Positions 10,001 to 17,307 of a DNA stretch of 64,000 bases are shown here, one piece after another. The translations under genes and the position numbers were made by a program. Position 1 is the first letter of the stretch, and every line of letters begins with the position of its first letter. The DNA is from an uncultured Solibacteraceae bacterium (GTDB lineage: Bacteria > Acidobacteriota > Terriglobia > Bryobacterales > Bryobacteraceae), in the NCBI GenBank assembly GCA_963805775.1, contig CAWDWK010000008.1, positions 33,920 through 97,919 on the forward strand, in the 5' to 3' direction. The notes under the pieces are model-generated. The model worked only from the letters and a program-made list of their open reading frames with translations. It had not been told where the DNA came from and ran no database searches.

Positions 10001-10477
10001 GGGATGTCGGACTCCATCGAGTCGCGGGAAAAGAAGGATGACGTGCCGCCGGAGTGGAAAAAAGACCCCGTCCCGATTGCGGCTGAAGAGTTCCTCGCAC
10101 TCCGCTTCGTGACTTACATCTCGTACACACTGCGTATCATGCGAGGCTTTCTCGAATTCATCATGTACGGCTTCATTCTGCTGGTAATGGCGCTCGCCAT
10201 CTATCCATTCGAAGGCAGGCTGTACATCGAGGTGGCGATTTTGATCATCTTTGTCGTGTCGGGCGCGACCGTGGCCACCGTCTTTGCGCAGATGGATCGC
10301 GATCCCCTGCTCAGCCGCCTGAGCGAAACCAAGCCGAACCAGTTAGGCATAAACTTTGTGATTCGCCTGGCGTCATTCGGCGCGCTGCCCTTACTTACGC
10401 TGCTGGCGTCACTGGTGCCCGATGTCGGGAGGTTTCTGCAGTCCTGGCTGCAGCCCGCCTTGCAGTCGCTGAAGTGA
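7019..10477 (+). CDS. large membrane protein of unknown function (N-terminal extracytoplasmic domain + ~10 TM segments)
   Basis: 1152-aa uninterrupted ORF starting 4 nt after the amidohydrolase stop. Hydrophobic N-terminus, ~580-aa soluble region, then repeated 20-25-residue hydrophobic stretches with a ~190-aa loop between them. No catalytic motif recognised. Confidence 0.8.
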   Translation: MDSKTSIAALILMTASIFFFGESKSTSNALAASQTGSSKQAAPVKGDAAAAPAEPGPWTPVCRYVGKVATEAEVQKGELKEQFCLASNDLHVSTLIATVPNPELTHLSLSFDRYVESITWALDDGDLDKESYSFDSYWFPWRNDLKEEADLEKRTTAEKEREKRSDTPGILLFRRNLQHPDANYPHPERDLLLVFLVGETPTSGINRAAFEKAWSYATKLAGTELPICRNAKSNSGSCVAIVGPSFTGSLPSLKLVLEKAHTTGYESFVISGAVTGEDPSTKNLPDNTHFCTTIETDENRWQVLRQVLVNLSKLAFWESDGELLKHFAILGEDETEYGNLQRVVGGKDLLALRFPRGIARVRNSADSLPGLVTPAGDTSYPELPLVLRDTGQDTLPGFSQQQTPVSQEAVLLELVATLRREGIRYVGIVATDPLDALFLTRALHSLAPNIRIVLFSADLLFARASHTWGLSGVLAVTSYPLISRNQYYEGVVYPRRTQFANDAAEGVYNACRRMLLQAPKSDDPRPCSAANQIARGDSSKQDYLLDYAPPFAAPDHMHKPSVWLTILGRNEWWPVAAATVNSKETRLLEGPAPASHNTEHFSVEASPRPWSMFFWLAWIACTMHVALVYCLNFAHRKTVRWWKYRSLRRLAWRYKPDLERRRRVTLAGASFTVALVYCALALAVRTSGVKGAGYLQLAVAAAMGAAAIAQALWTVWGIKETRYKLFWLSAAALIAIAQIAGTCYAALSDSAGRAREFAGYRAVHIESGASPVLPVIALLAVIYLFCWLRLSRLRIHEERHAEPPQGDDAKAFPDLCIPDKAVQPLGVVQWMLVVTAVLAWWAFFHPLKALATIEGTFYDLVLSGLSSVVILMFAMVLVRFLVTWRAMRKLLQDLERHPLRYAFSRLPKSFSWTTVWVGDPRPQLITPARSLDALRMIPDEKVEEQAWKIEAELQALKRQDRSFDKVPDHVSRLNNALNTAFGLLSSSRQNAWHEGMSDSIESREKKDDVPPEWKKDPVPIAAEEFLALRFVTYISYTLRIMRGFLEFIMYGFILLVMALAIYPFEGRLYIEVAILIIFVVSGATVATVFAQMDRDPLLSRLSETKPNQLGINFVIRLASFGALPLLTLLASLVPDVGRFLQSWLQPALQSLK

Positions 10478-10478
10478 T

Positions 10479-12056
10479 CTACTGGACCGCCGAGGGCCCC
10501 AGCAGAATGCGGCCGGGACGCTCGGCAGTCACCTTGTCCTGGCGCAATACGAATTTTCCGTTGACCAGCACATCGCGCACACCGACGGAATACTGGTGCG
10601 GCTTGTCGTACTGGGCGCGATCCGCCACGGTAGCTGGATCGAAGATGATGACGTCGGCTTTCATTCCCGGGCGCAGCATCCCGCGGTCCCAGATCTTGAG
10701 TCGCTGCGCGGGAAATGCGGACATGCGGCGCACCGCATCTTCCAGGGTGAGCACGTTCTGCTCGCGCACGTAGACTCCGAGAACGCGCGCAAACGTGCCG
10801 TAACTGCGCGGGTGTGGCGCTGCCTGGCCGAACACGGGAATTTCGCCGTCGGACGCAATCATGGTGAACGGAGAGCGCATGATCCGCACCACGTCCTCTT
10901 CGGCGATGGCGTGATAGACGGCCGAGCAGCCACCCTTGTTCACCAGGTCCATCACGGTCTCGGCGGCGTTTTCCATGGTCGGCTCCACGCCGCGAGCCTG
11001 TGTGAGCTGGGTGAGATTCTTGCCCGCCAGCGTGCGGTCGAACGGGCAGTTGACGATCGCCACATTTTTCGGATCGCCGGCGCCGCGGTCCACTTTCAGG
11101 TTCTGCACGATAGCCGCTTTGATCCGCGCACGCTGGTCCGGGGCGGCCAGGCGCTCGGCGGTCGCTTTCTGTCCGCCTTCGAGCGCCCACTGCGGAACCA
11201 GCGCGGCGATGCCCGTGCTGGACGCCGTGTAAGGATACTGATCGATGGTGACATCGACGCCTCGCGCGCGCGCCTCTTCCACCAGTTTGAGCGATTCCAC
11301 GCTCTTACCCCAGTTGGGTTGCCCGATCATTTTGTGATGCGTTATCTGCGTCGGCAATCCGCCCTCCTCGCCGATGCGAATCGTCTCGCGCACGCTGTCC
11401 AGCACGTGAGAAGCTTCCTCACGCATGTGGGAAATGTGAATGCCGCCCATTTTTCCCACCACGCGCGCGAGTTCGATGACCTCCTCCGTGGGCGTGAAAT
11501 TTCCCGGCACGTAAAACAGTCCGGTGGAAAGTCCGAATGCGCCGTCGCGCATGGCCTGCGCGGCCAGATCTTTCATCTTGCCGATCTCCGCATCGGTCGC
11601 CGGACGGTTGGCGAGCCCGATTACCGCCTGCCGTATGCTGCCCTGCCCGACGAAGGTCGCGAAGTTGACGGACACCGCCATCTTCCGAATGCCCTCCAAA
11701 AACGGGGCGATGGGCAGCGGCGAACTCCCGTCTGGCCCTTCCACGATGGTAGTGACACCCTCGCGCAGATAGTTTTCCGCCGTCGGAACCGCAGCGATTC
11801 CGCGCCGCCCGTGCGAGTGTATATCGATGAATCCGGGGGCGACCACTAGGCCTTTGGCATCGATGCGCACGCCGGCGGCCGCATTGCCGAGCGCGCCGAT
11901 CGCGGCGATGGTGTCGCCACGAATCCCGATATCCGCAAAAAACCAAGGGGAACCGGACCCATCCACCACGCGGGCTCCGGAAATAATGACGTCGTACGGC
12001 GCGGCCTGCCCCCACAGCCCCACCGCCATCAGCAACATCACAGCGCATCGCGTCAT
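10479..12056 (-). CDS. D-aminoacylase-like amidohydrolase (N-acyl-D-amino-acid deacylase family)
   Basis: 525-aa ORF with a signal peptide. N-terminal YDVIISGARVVDGSG, then APGFIDIHSH, and a C-terminal RGMLRPGMKADVIIFDP block typical of the family. Confidence 0.8.
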   Translation of the reverse strand: MTRCAVMLLMAVGLWGQAAPYDVIISGARVVDGSGSPWFFADIGIRGDTIAAIGALGNAAAGVRIDAKGLVVAPGFIDIHSHGRRGIAAVPTAENYLREGVTTIVEGPDGSSPLPIAPFLEGIRKMAVSVNFATFVGQGSIRQAVIGLANRPATDAEIGKMKDLAAQAMRDGAFGLSTGLFYVPGNFTPTEEVIELARVVGKMGGIHISHMREEASHVLDSVRETIRIGEEGGLPTQITHHKMIGQPNWGKSVESLKLVEEARARGVDVTIDQYPYTASSTGIAALVPQWALEGGQKATAERLAAPDQRARIKAAIVQNLKVDRGAGDPKNVAIVNCPFDRTLAGKNLTQLTQARGVEPTMENAAETVMDLVNKGGCSAVYHAIAEEDVVRIMRSPFTMIASDGEIPVFGQAAPHPRSYGTFARVLGVYVREQNVLTLEDAVRRMSAFPAQRLKIWDRGMLRPGMKADVIIFDPATVADRAQYDKPHQYSVGVRDVLVNGKFVLRQDKVTAERPGRILLGPSAVQ

Positions 12057-12088
12057 GCGCCCTATTGTACCTTCGGAAGTCGAGCCGG

Positions 12089-12925
12089 CTACCAGGCGAT
12101 CTTCGCCGGGAAGAATTCCGAAATCAGTTCCTCATAATACGGCCTGAGGGCAGCCACATTGGGAGGCGCTGCGCTCTTGGAGTACAGATCGTACGGATTG
12201 AACTTACGCACCCACGGCAGCATCGCGCGATCCTGGTCGTCCATCAGGTATTCGTAGGCTCCCTCTTTGTGCCACGGATAGAAGGAGTGATAGCGGATCA
12301 TGTACTGGCCTTCCAGGGGCAGGTAGTCTTTGACGACATGGTAGAGATACTCGTCGTGCCCCCAGGAGAGATCCACGTTGGAGAGTCCGCAGCCTTCTTT
12401 ATAGACGCCGAGCCGCGTCTGGTATTCCGGGACGCCGCTATCGGGATTGGCATCGAAGAATTCCGGAAAGACGATCCTGCCCGACCATGCGCAGCCCACC
12501 GGGAACGTATCGCCCACTACCGCCCATTGCGGCTCGCCGTAGAGACACAGCACCTTGCCGAGATCGTGGAGAAAACCCGTCATCACCATCCATCTTGGAT
12601 GGCCATCCCGGCGGATCGCCTCGGCGGTCTGCATCAGGTGCTGGATTTGTGAGAGATCGGTATCCGGGTCGCTCTCATCCACCAGCGTGTTGAGGTATTC
12701 GCAGGCCTCCCAGATGCCCATTTCGCCCTTCGTCCTGCCGGCGTACTGGCGCTTCTTTTCTTCGACGAACTGGCGTGTCTGCCGCGCGTGATTCTCCCGG
12801 TAAAACTCGCGCACACCGGCGGGAGCCGACTCGTCGAATTTGCGGAAGTCCTCTGTCTTACGATTCGGGTCGTAGCGTTCGCCCACGAAATCGTCCCACT
12901 GATCCAGATTCCCTTGAGTGGCCAT
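12089..12925 (-). CDS. myo-inositol oxygenase (MIOX family)
   Basis: Start placed at the ATG giving [13 protein letters not shown]; the ORF is open to 13084. MIOX signature blocks [32 protein letters not shown] and DLYSK, with a C-terminal W. Confidence 0.85.
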   Translation of the reverse strand: MATQGNLDQWDDFVGERYDPNRKTEDFRKFDESAPAGVREFYRENHARQTRQFVEEKKRQYAGRTKGEMGIWEACEYLNTLVDESDPDTDLSQIQHLMQTAEAIRRDGHPRWMVMTGFLHDLGKVLCLYGEPQWAVVGDTFPVGCAWSGRIVFPEFFDANPDSGVPEYQTRLGVYKEGCGLSNVDLSWGHDEYLYHVVKDYLPLEGQYMIRYHSFYPWHKEGAYEYLMDDQDRAMLPWVRKFNPYDLYSKSAAPPNVAALRPYYEELISEFFPAKIAW

Positions 12926-12969
12926 AAATCCAGTATTCACAAAACGCGCGTGCCTGTCCACCCCGACGT

Positions 12970-12983
12970 CGCAAACTGGGGAC
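12970..12983. repeat. orphan left arm of palindromic repeat family 1
   Basis: CGCAAACTGGGGAC is identical to the 5-prime arm of the full copies at 19955 and 36124, but the rest of the element does not follow. Confidence 0.6.
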
Positions 12984-13005
12984 TCTCTCGAAAATGCGAG
13001 CCGCC

Positions 13006-13079
13006 CCCGGTGACAGACGAGACTGGCATGGGTTCCGCCGTCTTTGCGGAACCCGCTGCCAGCCCCGTCTGTCACCGGG
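13006..13079. other. 74-nt nested imperfect palindrome (long stem-loop)
   Basis: CCCGGTGACAGACG (13006-13019) pairs with CGTCTGTCACCGGG (13066-13079). Inner pairs are CTGGCA/TGCCAG and GGGTTCCG/CGGAACCC around a 9-nt loop. Confidence 0.7.
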
Positions 13080-13129
13080 TTCACGGCCCCCTATTTTCAT
13101 TCCCCCGGATGAGCCTTTCCTCATAACGC

Positions 13130-13187
13130 GACTGACATGAATTTCCGGCGCCGTTTGCCGGAAATTCGCTGTCTGTCCCCGGTTGCC
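13130..13187. repeat. palindromic repeat family 1, copy lacking its left arm
   Basis: GACTGACATGAATTTCCGGCGCCGTTTGCCGGAAATTCGCTGTCTGTCCCCGGTTGCC matches the copies at 19955 and 36124 except for the loop base and one T. Confidence 0.8.
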
Positions 13188-13392
13188 CCCGGCGAAATAA
13201 GTTCCCCATCGGGCCTGTCGAAACAAGTGTTACGGAAATAAATCGGCGCCGGCCGTCACAAACGCGGGCACAAACGAAGACGCCTCGGTGTATACTGGCA
13301 CAAACCTGAGTGGCCCAAAGTGGCTATTCGGGTGCGCCTGGTCCACCACTGGGCCGTCGTCGAGTGGACCAGCTTTGAGGGGAGTGCTGTCT

Positions 13393-16300
13393 ATGTCGTA
13401 CCGCAACCGGTTCCTTGTCGGAATCGCCTTCGCCGCCATGCTGTCTGGAAATCTGACGGCTCAATCCATTTATGGGACACTGACCGGGATCGTGTCCGAC
13501 CCATCGCAGGCAGTAGTCGCCGGAGCGGCGATCACGCTACGCGATCAGCAATCGGGCTCGCAGCGCGAAACCCTGACCAACTCCGACGGCTACTACACCT
13601 TCTCGTCCGTGCCGCCGGGCGGATACGAGCTGACGGTCGCCGCCAAGGGGTTCGAGACTCACAAGCAGACCGGCATCGCTCTCGGCGGTGGTGACAAGCT
13701 GAACTACAACGTGTCGCTGAGGGTCGGCAATACGAATAACGTGGTCGAAGTGTCGGGGACCGTGGACGTGGTGGTCCCGGTGGATTCCGGCGAGAATTCG
13801 AACCGCCTCACCACGAAGGAACTGGAGAACTTCATTCAACTGGGGAGCAACGCCGCGGAATATATCAAGATGATGCCGGGGTTCGGTATTTCCAACGGCA
13901 CGTCGAACGTGGCGAACTACAACGGGCAGACCATCGGCATCAATGGCAACGGCAACGGTGGAAACCAGAGCCCGCTGAACGCCGCCTATTCGTACAACGG
14001 GCTGCCCAGCAATTCGCTCGACATCACGGCGGACGGCGCGCACGTGTCCGATCCGGGCTGCAATTGCGCCACCCCGGTGAATCCGAATTCCATGATGATC
14101 TCCGAGTTCAAGATCACCATGTCGAACTTCAGCGCTGAGAACCAGAAGGGGCCCGGAGTGATCAGTTCGGTCGCAAAGGGCGGCGGCAAAGACTTTCACG
14201 GCTCGGCCTTCATCTCGGCGCGCAACGCCGTGCTGAATGCCAATGACTGGCTCTCCAATTACTCGCGCGTGGCACGGCCCGAGAATCAATATTATTATCC
14301 CGGGTTCACGCTGGGCGGACCGGTGATGCTGCCCTTCACTAAATTTAATCGCAAGCGCGACAAGCTCTTCTTCTTCACGGGCTACCAGTATTTTTACCAG
14401 GTGCTCGATACCGGCCTGCTGCGTTCCACCGTTCCGACGCTGGGCGAACGCAACGGCGACTTCTCACCGGCGGAACTCGCCAAGGAAGGCAACATCACGG
14501 CCTCCGGTTCGGCTCCCGGACAAATCAACGCGAAGTCCCTGGCGCTGTATCCCGGCGGCATCATCCCGAAAACCGCGATCGACCCGAATATGCAGGCGCT
14601 GATGAAGCTGTACCCGGCGCCGAATGCGGACCCGAATGCGAACGGCGGGTACAACTGGGTGGACGACCTGCATTTCAACCAGAACAACACGCAGTGGATG
14701 TCGCGCGTGGATTACAGCGTCAGCGACAACACCAAGCTATTCGTCCGTTACAACCTGCAGCGCGAGGTGCAACTCTTCCCGATCGGCCTGTGGTCGTCAG
14801 CCACCACACAGCAGCTGCCGTATCCTACGCCCATCGAGGGCAAGAACCGGTCAGACTCGGTGACCGCGTCGCTGACACATGTATTCAACTCGTCGATGAC
14901 GAATGAGTTCGTCTTCGGCTACACGTTCATCGGATTCCCGAACGTGTTCCAGGATCCTTCAAAAGTGGACCGCGCGCAGATCGGGTACGCGTACAAAGGT
15001 CTGTTCAAGAACGGGATCCCGCAGTTCCCGAACCTTACCGGAGCGGGCGAGGCAGCGAGCATCAGCACGAACGGCGGGTTCGAGGTGGGGGGACCAACAC
15101 AGGGGTTGTACGCCAACAAGTACATGCCCAGCGCCAGCGACAACGTCTCGAAGATATGGGGCAAACACACCCTGAAGGCTGGAGTGTTCTGGGAGCGGAT
15201 CCGCAACGCGCAGCCCGCCAACAACACGACTCAAGGGCAATTCAACGTCAACGTGAGCAACTCCAATACGGTGGGCAATCCGTATGCGGACATGCTGCTG
15301 GGCAATTTGAACTCGTACACGGAAACCTCGTACAATCGCGTCAACGACATCTTCTACAACACCTACGAAGGGTTCGTGCAGGACTCCTGGAAGGTGAACC
15401 GGCGCCTGACGCTGGAACTCGGGATGCGCATCACGCATTTCGCTCCGTGGGCAGACAGCCTCGGATTCGGTTTCTCTGTCTTCGACTACTCGAAATACAG
15501 CGCGAGTTGTACGCCCACACAGTATTGCGGCTTCCTTTGGAACAAGCGCGACCCCTCGGTGCCGATGGGCGGATTCCCCACCAAAGGCGCGTATTTCCAG
15601 CCGCGTTTCGGCGTGGCGTACTCGCTGACCGATTCCACTGTGCTGCGCGGTGGGTGGGGACGCTACTACTATCACTCCGGCCAGTTCACCACCGGTCTCA
15701 ACGTGTCGGCCGGAATGCAGACAGTCACGCTGAGCAACAATCAGGGCACGGGCGGAAATACGCCGCTCCTGGCCAGCGAACTGGACACGCTGAATTACAA
15801 TACCTCGGCGCTTTCCACCGGCGCAGTCGACAGCAAAGATGACAAGAGCCCGGTGACGGACAGCTACAGCTTTACGATTTCGCAACGCGTGCCCGGCTCG
15901 GGACTCCTCGAGGTGGCGTACGTGGGCAACCAGAGCCGCAACCTGCTCAACCAGAGCGGAGTGGGCAGCGATATCAACCTTGTGCCGGTGGGCGCGATGC
16001 TGTCGTCGAAGAACGGCGGGGCGGACCCGAACGGCCTGAACGCGAATAATTTCCGACCCCTGCAGGGCTTCGCGAGCCTGCCCCTGGCGACCCACAATCT
16101 TTACGCCAACTACAATTCGGCTCAGATCAAGTACCTGCGCACCAAGGGCAGAGCGGTGATTAGCGTGAACTACACGTTCGGCAAGGCGCTGGGGATTGTC
16201 AGCTCCACGCTGGACCAGTTCAACCTCAACAACGATTACGCCGTGCAGTCCACCAATCGCACGCACATCTTCAATGCCGCATACTCCTACAACTTCGGGA

Positions 16301-16866
16301 GCTTCGTGCGCAACAAAGTAGCGGGTGGCATTGTGAATGGATGGCAGGTGTCGGGCATCACCCAACTGCAGAGCGGGCAGAACCTCACGGGACAACGGGG
16401 CCAGACTTTCGGCCTGGCGCTGAACAGCGCGAAGATTCCGGGCACCACGCAAAACATCAGCTCGACATCGTTACTGGGAACTCCCAACATCACGCTGTCG
16501 CCGATTCTCACCTGCAACCCTACGTCGAACCTGGCGCCAAATCAGTACATCAATCCGAATTGCTTCTCGTTCCCGACGCAGATCGGCCAGAACGGCCCGA
16601 CCACGCTGCCGGTGATCTATGGACCGGCGTTTTTCAACATGGACCTCGGCCTGTTCAAAAACTTCGCGGTCACCGAGAGGAAAAGACTGCAACTGCGCAT
16701 GAACGGCTACAATTTCCTGAATCATCCGCTGTGGAGCTTTAACGGGAGCAATCTGAATCTCGGTTTCGCGGGCGCCACTGGAATTTTGAACACGCCCCTT
16801 TTCGGGACGGTGACCACCAAGCAGGGCCACCGCATCGTGCAACTGGCGGCGACGTTCACGTTCTGA
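13393..16866 (+). CDS. TonB-dependent receptor with carboxypeptidase-regulatory-like N-terminal domain
   Basis: Start placed at MSYRNRFLVGIAFAAMLSGNLTAQS (signal peptide). N-terminal block GTLTGIVSDPSQAVVAGAAITLRD...TNSDGYYTFSSVPPGGYELTV. ~1150 aa with a beta-barrel-like C-terminus ending in an aromatic residue (TFTF). Confidence 0.8.
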   Translation: MSYRNRFLVGIAFAAMLSGNLTAQSIYGTLTGIVSDPSQAVVAGAAITLRDQQSGSQRETLTNSDGYYTFSSVPPGGYELTVAAKGFETHKQTGIALGGGDKLNYNVSLRVGNTNNVVEVSGTVDVVVPVDSGENSNRLTTKELENFIQLGSNAAEYIKMMPGFGISNGTSNVANYNGQTIGINGNGNGGNQSPLNAAYSYNGLPSNSLDITADGAHVSDPGCNCATPVNPNSMMISEFKITMSNFSAENQKGPGVISSVAKGGGKDFHGSAFISARNAVLNANDWLSNYSRVARPENQYYYPGFTLGGPVMLPFTKFNRKRDKLFFFTGYQYFYQVLDTGLLRSTVPTLGERNGDFSPAELAKEGNITASGSAPGQINAKSLALYPGGIIPKTAIDPNMQALMKLYPAPNADPNANGGYNWVDDLHFNQNNTQWMSRVDYSVSDNTKLFVRYNLQREVQLFPIGLWSSATTQQLPYPTPIEGKNRSDSVTASLTHVFNSSMTNEFVFGYTFIGFPNVFQDPSKVDRAQIGYAYKGLFKNGIPQFPNLTGAGEAASISTNGGFEVGGPTQGLYANKYMPSASDNVSKIWGKHTLKAGVFWERIRNAQPANNTTQGQFNVNVSNSNTVGNPYADMLLGNLNSYTETSYNRVNDIFYNTYEGFVQDSWKVNRRLTLELGMRITHFAPWADSLGFGFSVFDYSKYSASCTPTQYCGFLWNKRDPSVPMGGFPTKGAYFQPRFGVAYSLTDSTVLRGGWGRYYYHSGQFTTGLNVSAGMQTVTLSNNQGTGGNTPLLASELDTLNYNTSALSTGAVDSKDDKSPVTDSYSFTISQRVPGSGLLEVAYVGNQSRNLLNQSGVGSDINLVPVGAMLSSKNGGADPNGLNANNFRPLQGFASLPLATHNLYANYNSAQIKYLRTKGRAVISVNYTFGKALGIVSSTLDQFNLNNDYAVQSTNRTHIFNAAYSYNFGSFVRNKVAGGIVNGWQVSGITQLQSGQNLTGQRGQTFGLALNSAKIPGTTQNISSTSLLGTPNITLSPILTCNPTSNLAPNQYINPNCFSFPTQIGQNGPTTLPVIYGPAFFNMDLGLFKNFAVTERKRLQLRMNGYNFLNHPLWSFNGSNLNLGFAGATGILNTPLFGTVTTKQGHRIVQLAATFTF

Positions 16867-16946
16867 GGGGGAAGGCCGGAATTGGCGGAGGGCGGACGCC
16901 CCGCCTAACCGTGCGCATTTCCATTTGACATCCTAATGATGCTGGT

Positions 16947-16967
16947 GGCATTCTTTATTAGAATGCC
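16947..16967. promoter_or_regulatory. candidate PadR operator (7-bp inverted repeat over the padR start codon)
   Basis: GGCATTC-TTTATTA-GAATGCC; the ATG of the PadR gene (16963) lies inside the right half-site. TTGACA at 16925-16930 and a direct repeat CCTAATGA (16932-16939 and 16966-16973) flank it. Confidence 0.35.
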
Positions 16968-17307
16968 TAATGAACCAAAGACCGGCGTACTTCAGGGCAC
17001 ACTTGACCTGATGGTCCTTCAGACGCTCGCCACACTTGGACCGCTGCATGGCTATGCCGTCGCCGCACGCATCGAACAGGTGTCGAGCGGCGCGATTCAA
17101 CTGAACATGGGGACGCTCTACCCGGGCCTGCTGCGGCTCGAGCAGCGCGGGTTCGTTCGCGCGCAGTGGGACAGAACGGAGACGAATCGACGTGCGAGGT
17201 ATTACAGCATTACAGCCGCCGGCCGTCGCCAACTCCAGGCTGAGAAGACGGAATGGACCCGCATGGCGGACATCATGCAAGCCATGCTCGAAGGAGGGGC
17301 GAAATGA
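16963..17307 (+). CDS. PadR-family transcriptional regulator (acidobacterial type)
   Basis: GTLDLMVLQTLATLGPLHGYAV...GTLYPGLLRLEQRGFV...RRARYYSITAAGRRQL. ATGA overlap with the downstream permease. Start could also be 16936. Confidence 0.85.
   Translation: MPNEPKTGVLQGTLDLMVLQTLATLGPLHGYAVAARIEQVSSGAIQLNMGTLYPGLLRLEQRGFVRAQWDRTETNRRARYYSITAAGRRQLQAEKTEWTRMADIMQAMLEGGAK

Noticed and set aside
13290-13295. TATACT as the -10 element of the TonB-receptor promoter
   Set aside because: No acceptable -35 hexamer lies at 16-18 nt, and acidobacterial promoter consensus is not well enough known to me to call it.
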